Assembly (NCBI GenBank): GCA_033762115.1
Contig: JANRLX010000094.1
Span: forward strand, 1-32,578
Reading direction: 5' to 3'
Source of the DNA: Verrucomicrobiota bacterium
GTDB taxonomy: Bacteria; Verrucomicrobiota; Verrucomicrobiia; Limisphaerales; SXQI01
Length of the DNA stretch: 32,578 nt
The translations under genes and the position numbers were made by a program. Positions 25,498 through 32,578 of the stretch are shown here, in pieces. Within the stretch, counting starts at the first letter, position 1; the number at the start of each line of letters is the position of its first letter. The notes under the pieces are model-generated. The model was not told the origin of the DNA and ran no database searches. It worked only from the letters and a program-made list of their open reading frames with translations.

Positions 25498-26883
25498 TCA
25501 GACGCCGATGTGGCGTTTGATTTCAGCTGAGATTTTTTCGCTCCACAGGTTCAATGTCGCGGAATCTTTTCCTTCCAGTAACAAGCGCGCTTTGGGCTCT
25601 GTGCCGGAGTAGCGGAGAAGCAGCCGGCCACCTTCCCGGGCCACTTCGGTTTCAGCCGCCTGGACGAGGTCCATCAGGCCGTTCAATTCTTCGAACGGCT
25701 TTTTCTCGCGAACCTTGATGTTCGTGACCACCTGGGGGAACCGCATCCAGGAACGGGAAAGTGTGGAAAGGAGGGCCTGGCGGGTTTTCATGATGCGGAG
25801 GATTTGCAAGGCGCAGACCAGGCCATCACCGGTGGTGCTGTAATCACGGAAAATCATGTGCCCGCTTTGTTCGCCACCAAGGTTGTACCCGTTGCGGAGC
25901 ATTTCATCGATGACGTTTTTGTCGCCCACAGCGGTGCGAATGACTTTACCACCCATTTTTTGCAGGGTGACATCCAGGCCTGCATTGCTCATGACTGTGG
26001 CCACCACAGTGTTGCTGACAAGGGAGTTGTTGGAGAGCATGTCGGTGGCGCAGATCACAAGGATATCATCGCCATCGATGATCCCGCCGGTTTCATCGCA
26101 GAAAAGCACGCGGTCTGCATCCCCGTCATGGGCAATGCCCAGTTGCGCCCCATGCTCCCGGACTTTCTGGCACATCAATTCCGGGTACATCGAGCCGCAG
26201 TTTTTATTGATGTTCATGCCGTCCGGTGTGTTGCCATAAACAATCACGTCGGCACCCAGCTCACGCAAGACGCAGGGAGTGGCTTTGTAGGCTGCGCCGT
26301 TTCCACAATCCACCACTACCCGCATTCCTTCGAGGTTCAACCCTTTTGGAAAGGAGGATTTCGCATATTCGATGTAGCGGCCCAGAGCATCATCGATACG
26401 AACCGCTTTGCCAATCTGCGCCGCAGCGGGGCGAATATTTTCAATCGCACCGCTGAACACGAGGTCCTCGATCTGGTCCTCTATATTATCATCCAGCTTG
26501 TAACCATCGGCGCGGAAAAATTTGATTCCGTTATCGTCGTACGGATTATGGGAGGCAGTGATGGCAATTCCGGCGTCGGCGCGGAGGCTGCGGGTGACGT
26601 AGGCAACCCCGGGGGTTGGGAGAGGCCCGATAAAAAGAACATCGACGCCCATGGAAAGGATGCCGGCAGAAAGCGCATTCTCCAGCATGTAGCCTGAGAG
26701 CCGGGTGTCTTTGCCAATAACGATTTTGTGTTTGCCGCGACCGCGTGCGGTGGCCTCGAGGTTTTTAAACACGTGGGCCGCGGCGCGACCGAGTTTCAAA
26801 GCTGTCTCGGCTGTCACGGGTTCAACATTGGCAGTGCCGCGCACGCCATCAGTGCCAAAGATTTTCTTGTGACCGTTCTTCAT
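25498..26883 (-). CDS. glmM: Phosphoglucosamine mutase
   Basis: FGTDGVRG, GKDTRLSGYMLE, ITASHNPYDDNGIKFF, DGDADR, GGEQSGH, RYSGTEP. ATG 26883 preferred. Confidence 0.97.
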   Translation of the reverse strand: MKNGHKKIFGTDGVRGTANVEPVTAETALKLGRAAAHVFKNLEATARGRGKHKIVIGKDTRLSGYMLENALSAGILSMGVDVLFIGPLPTPGVAYVTRSLRADAGIAITASHNPYDDNGIKFFRADGYKLDDNIEDQIEDLVFSGAIENIRPAAAQIGKAVRIDDALGRYIEYAKSSFPKGLNLEGMRVVVDCGNGAAYKATPCVLRELGADVIVYGNTPDGMNINKNCGSMYPELMCQKVREHGAQLGIAHDGDADRVLFCDETGGIIDGDDILVICATDMLSNNSLVSNTVVATVMSNAGLDVTLQKMGGKVIRTAVGDKNVIDEMLRNGYNLGGEQSGHMIFRDYSTTGDGLVCALQILRIMKTRQALLSTLSRSWMRFPQVVTNIKVREKKPFEELNGLMDLVQAAETEVAREGGRLLLRYSGTEPKARLLLEGKDSATLNLWSEKISAEIKRHIGV

Positions 26884-26896
26884 GAATAGGAAATTG

Positions 26897-27319
26897 TTAC
26901 TCGACCGGGGTGACGAGTTCAACCTGCACCTGTTGAGGGTCGATCCTGCGAATCCGGATTTCGGGCGGGAGAAAGATGTTGACCTGGGCGGTGTTGGTCC
27001 CGGTTTTATAGAGGGTCAGGTCGACATACGCCTGGATGTCTGCCGCAGAAAGATTCTTGATGCGGCGCAAATCTTCACCAACCACTGTGATATCCACTGT
27101 TTCGGGGATGATCCTGAAGTCACGTTTATCATTGGGCGCGCGCATAATGGTGAGGCGATGATTGACGAATGCGCGGGTGGCAATGACATTGCCGAAATTA
27201 TCCACAAACTGGAGTGAAATGCCCTTTGCGCCCTGGAAGGTGAACCAGACAATGATGGCGAGGAGAAATGAAGTCACCTTCCACCAGAAATGATTCAGAA
27301 TAGTTTCGCGGCGAAACAT
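26897..27319 (-). CDS. cdaR: CdaR/YbbR-like protein (one TM, one YbbR domain)
   Basis: WWKVTSFLLAIIVW TM, then PETVDITVVG...IQAYVDL...IDPQQVQV; located between cdaA and glmM. Confidence 0.8.
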   Translation of the reverse strand: MFRRETILNHFWWKVTSFLLAIIVWFTFQGAKGISLQFVDNFGNVIATRAFVNHRLTIMRAPNDKRDFRIIPETVDITVVGEDLRRIKNLSAADIQAYVDLTLYKTGTNTAQVNIFLPPEIRIRRIDPQQVQVELVTPVE

Positions 27320-27320
27320 A

Positions 27321-28154
27321 TTATTTGGAGTCTGTGAGAACTGCCGGACTCGGGTGTATCCGGTTTCGCAATTTGAGTTTAAACCATTCCATCATTCCCG
27401 GTTTGACAACAGGGACAAACACGGAGGTGAGGAATGCACGCAATTCTTCAAGAGTGATTCCCTTTACGAGATTTCCCTTGTAAGCGTAGGAGATGGCTCC
27501 TGTTTCTTCAGAAACAACCACAATGACTGCATCTGTTTCCTCGCTTAAACCAATTGCCGCACGGTGGCGGGTGCCAAGGGATTTGTTGAGGTCCTGGCGC
27601 TGGGTGAGAGGAAAGATACAGGCGGCGTAAGCAATCCGGTCTCCGCGAATGATGACACCCCCGTCATGAATCGCATTATTTGGAAAAAAGATCGTTTCCA
27701 ACATTTCAGGAGTGGCTTCGCAATCCACCACAATTCCTGATTCCACCACATCCTGTAATTGGATGGATTGCTCGATGGCGATCAAGGTGCCAATCCGGAC
27801 GTCTGAGAGGCGTTCAACGGTCTGAATGATCACCTCGATGTTTTCGCGCTGTTCCCTGGCGGTATTAAAGAGAGGAAGATTGCCCAATTCAGCGAGCATA
27901 CGCCTGAATTCAGGTTGAAAAATCACAAGCACCGCAACGGCGGAGAAGGCAAAAAAGGTGCGCAGGAGGGAACTCAGCACTTCGAGTTTCAGGACACTGC
28001 TCAGAAAGGTCAGCCCCAGCATGACGAGAAAGCCGAGCACCACCGGCCAGCCCCGGGTGCCACGGACAAACATGAAGGCGTAGTAGATCGCAATCGTCAG
28101 GATAAAAATCTCGACGAGCGGACGCCAAAGTAATTTGACATACTCAAAAAACAT
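27321..28154 (-). CDS. cdaA: Diadenylate cyclase CdaA/DacA
   Basis: Three N-terminal TMs, VIFQPEFRR, HDGGVII, LGTRHRAAIGLSEETDA, VVSEETG. Confidence 0.95.
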   Translation of the reverse strand: MFFEYVKLLWRPLVEIFILTIAIYYAFMFVRGTRGWPVVLGFLVMLGLTFLSSVLKLEVLSSLLRTFFAFSAVAVLVIFQPEFRRMLAELGNLPLFNTAREQRENIEVIIQTVERLSDVRIGTLIAIEQSIQLQDVVESGIVVDCEATPEMLETIFFPNNAIHDGGVIIRGDRIAYAACIFPLTQRQDLNKSLGTRHRAAIGLSEETDAVIVVVSEETGAISYAYKGNLVKGITLEELRAFLTSVFVPVVKPGMMEWFKLKLRNRIHPSPAVLTDSK

Positions 28155-28993
28155 CAGGCAGGAGAATTGACGATTGCTTCCAGCATTCGGACAGTTTGAA
28201 ATGTTGCAGCCACGTCATGCGCACGAATGACCTGAACCCCCTGTAATACGGCCCAAACAGTGCAGGCCAGCGTTCCGGGGAGACGGTTTTCCATTTCCGT
28301 TCCAGTCACCTTTCCAATAAAGGATTTCCGCGAAACACCCAGAAGCAAGGGCCGCGCCATTTCTTTAAACCTGCCCAAGTGACGCATCAATTGCAAATTA
28401 TGTTCCAAAGTTTTTCCAAATCCAATCCCCGGATCAAAGATAATTTGCTCTTCTGAGAGCCCGGCCTGGCGCAAGGCCTGAAGGCGCTCCCGGAAGAACG
28501 ATTGGATCTCCTCAACAACATTTTCGTAATGCGGTTTTTGCTGCATCGTTTGCGGAGTCCCCTGCATGTGCATGGCGATGTAACCCGCGCCGCATTTTCT
28601 TAAATGATCGTAGAGTTCCGGTTTAATTTCCCAGGCGCGCACGTCATTGACGATGCTCGCTCCCGCTTCAAGGGCGGCAATGGCCACTTCCGATTTATAG
28701 GTATCGATTGAGATGGGAACTTTAACCCGGCTGCTCAGTTCCTTAATAACTGGGATGACCCGCCGCAGTTCCTCCTCAGGAGAGACAATGGAGGCGTTTG
28801 GACGAGTGGATTCACCTCCGATATCCAGGATTTCAGCACCTTGCTCCACAAGGGCAAGCCCATGCGCGACGGCGGATTCGGGATGAAAAAACCTGCCCCC
28901 ATCAGAAAAGGAATCAGGAGTGACATTAACCACTCCCATGACAAGAGCAGCACGGGGAAAGCTGAACTGATACTGGCCCGCCCGAAAGTTCAA
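28154..28993 (-). CDS. folP: Dihydropteroate synthase
   Basis: MGVVNVTPDSFSDGG, DIGGESTRP, SIDTYK, DPGIGFGK, GVSRKSF, RAHDV. Confidence 0.97.
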   Translation of the reverse strand: MNFRAGQYQFSFPRAALVMGVVNVTPDSFSDGGRFFHPESAVAHGLALVEQGAEILDIGGESTRPNASIVSPEEELRRVIPVIKELSSRVKVPISIDTYKSEVAIAALEAGASIVNDVRAWEIKPELYDHLRKCGAGYIAMHMQGTPQTMQQKPHYENVVEEIQSFFRERLQALRQAGLSEEQIIFDPGIGFGKTLEHNLQLMRHLGRFKEMARPLLLGVSRKSFIGKVTGTEMENRLPGTLACTVWAVLQGVQVIRAHDVAATFQTVRMLEAIVNSPA

Positions 28994-29937
28994 TCGCTTT
29001 TACGTTTTGTGATTACCTCATGCGTGACTTCGACCAACCTGTCAGCAATCCCCGACACGACTGCATCCGGCACGCCAATTTTGGGATCTGCAGATTGACT
29101 AAGCATATGACACTGGTCATTGACGTAATCGATCAAAACAAATTCGCCGGAGTCGACCTTTGCAATCTCACTGGAGAAAAAGCGCATTCCAGTCAAATCG
29201 GCCACCTGAGTCACGATTTGGCGTAACGGCCCCAATTGCAGGCGTTCCTCCTCTTCAGGCAGGACAATTCTATATTGGTCGGTAAAACAATTCCACCAAC
29301 AGCACCAGGTGGTGCCGAAAACATAAAAAACGCGGAAATAAGCGGGATCGTCAGAAAGCATTACCGGTGCGATCTTTTTCTGCAATAAATAGGCGGTATC
29401 CGGCCAGGTTGCGGCTGACCTGGCCAGATCGACTTCCGTTTGCGCATCCATGATAACTCCGCGTCGGCCGTATCCCATGGCGGGCTTGATGACAAAGGGG
29501 CTACCGAGAAGTGCCTGCTGCTGCTCGCTGATGCGGAAGGCGGACGCATCATCACGTTGAACTATGATTGTCGCCGGCACATTCAATCCACGCTGAGCCA
29601 GGCGCGGATGCAGCAGGGCTTTATTGAATGCGGCATGGGCGATTGCTGGAGGATCGATCACGAATGTTTTTCGTGAGTCAGCCAGCAGCACAAGTCGATG
29701 GTATAAATCCTCCGGCAGGTGATGCTCGCTGTGCATGTTCAACAAAGCCCTGGCCCATATCCTGTCGCGAAGGAAATATTCGAAAAACGACTCTGCCCAG
29801 AGCGGTTCGATAAGAAAAAATTCCATCCCCTTCTCTGCGCAACGTTGCTGGACCCGATGAATAAAGAAACTGTCCGAGTCCAGCTTGTGGGTCATCACAA
29901 GGTCGTAAACTCGTGTTCCGCTGCTTTCCTGGCGCAT
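28990..29937 (-). CDS. Uncharacterised ATP-grasp fold ligase (RimK/GshB-like)
   Basis: NKALLH...GLNVPAT, PFVIKPAMGYGRRGV, YLLQKKI, FRVFYVFG, FVLIDYVND. Confidence 0.82.
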   Translation of the reverse strand: MRQESSGTRVYDLVMTHKLDSDSFFIHRVQQRCAEKGMEFFLIEPLWAESFFEYFLRDRIWARALLNMHSEHHLPEDLYHRLVLLADSRKTFVIDPPAIAHAAFNKALLHPRLAQRGLNVPATIIVQRDDASAFRISEQQQALLGSPFVIKPAMGYGRRGVIMDAQTEVDLARSAATWPDTAYLLQKKIAPVMLSDDPAYFRVFYVFGTTWCCWWNCFTDQYRIVLPEEEERLQLGPLRQIVTQVADLTGMRFFSSEIAKVDSGEFVLIDYVNDQCHMLSQSADPKIGVPDAVVSGIADRLVEVTHEVITKRKSD

Positions 29938-29948
29938 TGAGGAATCGT

Positions 29949-30356
29949 CTAATAACCTGCGGCTGCGGTTTGCCTGGAACGCTGGATCAGTTCGATTTCA
30001 TACCCTTCGGGAGCATCAATGAATGCGAACCCGCCGCCATCTTCCTTGAGCACGGGACCGTCCGAGTATTTCAATTGATGCAAAGCCAGCCGCTTGCCAA
30101 ACTCCTCGAGACTGTCCACCTCAAAGGCAAGATGGGTCAAATCCGGCTGGACCTGGACGGGGCCGCTGGAAGGAAAATAGCAGATTTCAATCAGTTCCTC
30201 GCTTTGCGGCGCTTTGAGGAACACCAGTTCCGAGCCGCGGGGCGATTTGTGCCTGCGGGTTTCCTCCAGCCCGAGGACTTCCTTGTAAAACCGTACGGTT
30301 CTTTCCAAGTCGTTGACGCGGTAACGAGTATGCAATAATCTTTTCACACTGTTCAT
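29949..30356 (-). CDS. VOC family / glyoxalase I (lactoylglutathione lyase-like)
   Basis: LLHTRYRVNDLERTVRFYKEVLGL, IEI, HLAFEV, DAPEGYEIELI (His/Glu/His/Glu metal ligands). Confidence 0.88.
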   Translation of the reverse strand: MNSVKRLLHTRYRVNDLERTVRFYKEVLGLEETRRHKSPRGSELVFLKAPQSEELIEICYFPSSGPVQVQPDLTHLAFEVDSLEEFGKRLALHQLKYSDGPVLKEDGGGFAFIDAPEGYEIELIQRSRQTAAAGY

Positions 30357-30399
30357 GGGGCCAAGGATAAACCTCCAGTGAGCTAACACAACAACGCAG

Positions 30400-31662
30400 A
30401 TGCGCCTGGTTCATTTTGTTATCGGAGCTTCTCCCGGGTTCAGTGGGGGAACGAACAGATTCCTTCTTCTTCTGATTTTGGCGCTGGTTTCAGTAAGCGG
30501 CAATGCCCAGATTGATCCTGAGCAACGTCGATTGATCCAGCTCGGCTACAACCAGCCGCTGGAAGGTAAAGCCCCGATTGCGGCCTACGGTTTCTATTAT
30601 TATAACCGGCCTGGGTTTTTCCAAACAAACCTGACCCTGCGGCTTGCGCTCGCTCCGATCTATGTTGATGCGGAATTAGGCATTTCCCAATTGATCGGCC
30701 CCCACACTGATGTGGCAATCGGCATTTCGGGCGGTGGTTTTGCCGATTCCTACTCTGAAATCCGAGGCGGGGGTTTCAGGCAGGAGGAATCGTTCACCGG
30801 CCATGGCGGGGATCTCTCCGCCAGTGTGTATCATCGCTTCAACCCAAATTATATGATCCCACTTTGGGCGATCTTCAGGGTCAGTGGGGATGTTGCATTT
30901 TATGAAAGAGACCGGAAAACCGATCCGGCGTTTGAAGTGCCGGAAGATATTCAGGCATTGAATTTCCGAACTGGACTTCGGCTTGGTGGGAGGGAACCGT
31001 CCCTCACCGCGCCATTGGCCATGGAAGTTTCCGCCTGGTACGAAGGGGTGTTTCGCACCGAAGGTAATCGCTACGGGTTTGGAGAGGACCGTGAAGTGGA
31101 GGCGCAGACCCATCGTTTTTGGACCCGGGCCTTGTTGAAATACACCTTTGATCCTTCAGAGCAGTATGTGGATTTCAGCATTACCGCCGGAACCAGCCTG
31201 GAGGCGGATCGATTCAGCGCATACCGGCTGGGAGGGTTCCTCCCTTTTTCGAGCGAGTTTCCCTTGAGCATTCCCGGCTACTATTTCCAGGAGTTATCCG
31301 CCAAACGATTTTTCCTGGTAAACGGCCAGTATGCATTTCCGCTGGAACCGGAAAAAAACTGGAGCGTGTCGATCTTCGGAGCCACGGGAATGGTGGACTA
31401 CACGGATGGCCTTGAACAGCCGGGAGACTGGCATTCCGGTGTGGGGGGTGGCATTACCTACGCTTCGCCAAGTCGGAGTTGGTTTGTCAGTGTGGTTTAT
31501 GGGTATGGGATTGACGCCATTCGCCATGAAAAACGAGGTGCCAACCAGGTGGGGCTGCTGTTTCAGTACGATTTCGATGCCAAAAAACGGGACCCGCTCC
31601 GACCTTTTCGCCCGGAGGTCAACCCCTATCGCTCGCGAGGTGGGGAACGGATTTTCAGATAA
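30400..31662 (+). CDS. Outer-membrane beta-barrel protein (Omp85-like barrel features)
   Basis: Signal peptide, aromatic amphipathic strands, YRLGG loop, SGVGGGITY...VVYGYG...VGLLFQYDF. Confidence 0.7.
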   Translation: MRLVHFVIGASPGFSGGTNRFLLLLILALVSVSGNAQIDPEQRRLIQLGYNQPLEGKAPIAAYGFYYYNRPGFFQTNLTLRLALAPIYVDAELGISQLIGPHTDVAIGISGGGFADSYSEIRGGGFRQEESFTGHGGDLSASVYHRFNPNYMIPLWAIFRVSGDVAFYERDRKTDPAFEVPEDIQALNFRTGLRLGGREPSLTAPLAMEVSAWYEGVFRTEGNRYGFGEDREVEAQTHRFWTRALLKYTFDPSEQYVDFSITAGTSLEADRFSAYRLGGFLPFSSEFPLSIPGYYFQELSAKRFFLVNGQYAFPLEPEKNWSVSIFGATGMVDYTDGLEQPGDWHSGVGGGITYASPSRSWFVSVVYGYGIDAIRHEKRGANQVGLLFQYDFDAKKRDPLRPFRPEVNPYRSRGGERIFR

Positions 31663-31698
31663 AGCACCTGATTTGCCAGCTGTGCCAAAGGAAAAAGG

Positions 31699-31726
31699 TT
31701 GCAGGGGCGGAATGATTTGCTATGTT
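31699..31726 (+). promoter_or_regulatory. Candidate sigma70 promoter for rpsB
   Basis: TTGCAG, 16 nt spacer ending TGC, then TATGTT (extended -10 like). Confidence 0.45.
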
Positions 31727-31732
31727 GCCTCC

Positions 31733-31884
31733 CCTTTTTCCAGAGGAGCTGTGCTTCATGGATTGGGTAAAACGGCCTGAAATGTCATCTCGTGTGAGGC
31801 GGCGCGGCCATCGTAACGATTAAAATAAATCCTGTTTTCCGCAGGATGGTCCCGTAAAACCGGGGCTGATAACCAAAGGAAAAT
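31733..31884 (+). promoter_or_regulatory. Structured 5' leader of rpsB
   Basis: Hairpins ATCG-TAA-CGAT (31810-31820), ATCCTG-N7-CAGGAT (31829-31847), GTCCCG-TAAAAC-CGGGGC (31849-31866); SD-like AAAGGA 31875-31880. Confidence 0.5.
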
Positions 31885-32578
31885 GTGTTAAGTATTGGTG
31901 TTAAGGAACTCCTGGATGCAGGGGTTCATTTCGGTCATCAGACAAAACGTTGGAATCCCCGTATGAAGAAGTATATCTTCGATGCCCGCAACGGGATCCA
32001 CATCATCGACCTCAGCAAAACCCTTTCCCAACTGGAAGCGGCCACGGAATTTCTGGCCAAGATTGTTGGCAAAGGTGGCCGCGTTCTCTTCGTCGGGACC
32101 AAAAAACAGGCCCAGGAAGCGGTCAAGGAAAGCGCCAAGTCATGTGGACAGCTGTTCGTGACGGAACGCTGGCTCGGCGGCACGTTGACAAATTTCAAAA
32201 CCATCAAACGTTCGCTCGGACGGTTGCGGGAAATCGAGAAGATGGAACAGGATGGTTCAATCAATCGCTATGTGAAGCAGGAACAATCAGCGATCCGCCG
32301 TGAAGCAGCTCGCATGTTCAAGAACCTTGACGGCATTCGCGCCCTCGAAGGTCAGCCTGCCGCAATGTTCATCATCGATTTAAAACGGGAGCATAACGCA
32401 GTGGCGGAAGCCCGCCGCCTGGGAGTGCCGATTGTGGCTCTCGTGGATACGAATTGCGATCCTGACATCGTTGATTTCCCGATCGCAGGAAATGATGATG
32501 CAATTCGCTCGATCCGGTTGATCCTGAGCGTGATTACACAAACCATCACCCAGGCCCGCGCCGAATACGAAGCACGTC
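31885..32578 (+). CDS. rpsB: 30S ribosomal protein S2 (3'-truncated by the window edge)
   Basis: GTG 31885: VLSIGVKELLDAGVHFGHQTKRWNPRMKKYIF...RWLGGTLTN...VDTNCDPD...GNDDAIRS. Absent from the ORF track because it has no stop in the window. Confidence 0.98.
   Translation, partial: MLSIGVKELLDAGVHFGHQTKRWNPRMKKYIFDARNGIHIIDLSKTLSQLEAATEFLAKIVGKGGRVLFVGTKKQAQEAVKESAKSCGQLFVTERWLGGTLTNFKTIKRSLGRLREIEKMEQDGSINRYVKQEQSAIRREAARMFKNLDGIRALEGQPAAMFIIDLKREHNAVAEARRLGVPIVALVDTNCDPDIVDFPIAGNDDAIRSIRLILSVITQTITQARAEYEAR

Noticed and set aside
25804..26697. 297-aa plus-strand ORF
   Set aside because: Antisense shadow of glmM
31950..32303. 117-aa ORF in the track
   Set aside because: Alternate frame of rpsB
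1..32578. CRISPR array, tRNA, rRNA, IS or integrase, c-di-AMP riboswitch
   Set aside because: No spaced repeats, cloverleaf, transposase or recombinase motifs, or ydaO-like pattern recognised by eye; a covariance-model scan would be needed to exclude small RNAs

Overview
About 32.6 kb of bacterial chromosome, most likely Verrucomicrobiota (Pedosphaera-like). The taxonomy is inferred from a PVC-type CxxCH protein, a TIGR04073-like protein and a Verrucomicrobia-style C-terminal module. The left part holds mdh, a four-gene operon of unknown envelope proteins, an alpha/beta hydrolase, a hybrid kinase plus REC-kinase pair, a cupin and a DUF805/SRPBCC membrane protein. The middle is a ~4 kb compositionally different block (HEAT protein, probable gene remnant, Sel1 protein, hypothetical). 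It ends next to a yjbQ gene broken into two oppositely oriented pieces, followed by an ArsR regulator with tandem palindromic operators and a PVC-type heme protein. The right part is a minus-strand run: glyoxalase, ATP-grasp, folP, cdaA, cdaR, glmM, EamA, small membrane protein, orphan sugar-binding protein, TIGR04073, ispE and a GH20-like protein. It is followed by a beta-barrel protein and the start of rpsB with a structured leader. I saw no tRNA, rRNA, CRISPR array or transposase. The best leads are the internally inverted yjbQ and the uncharacterised ATP-grasp ligase coupled to a folP-cdaA-cdaR-glmM operon. All family calls come from motif recognition by eye, not from database searches.
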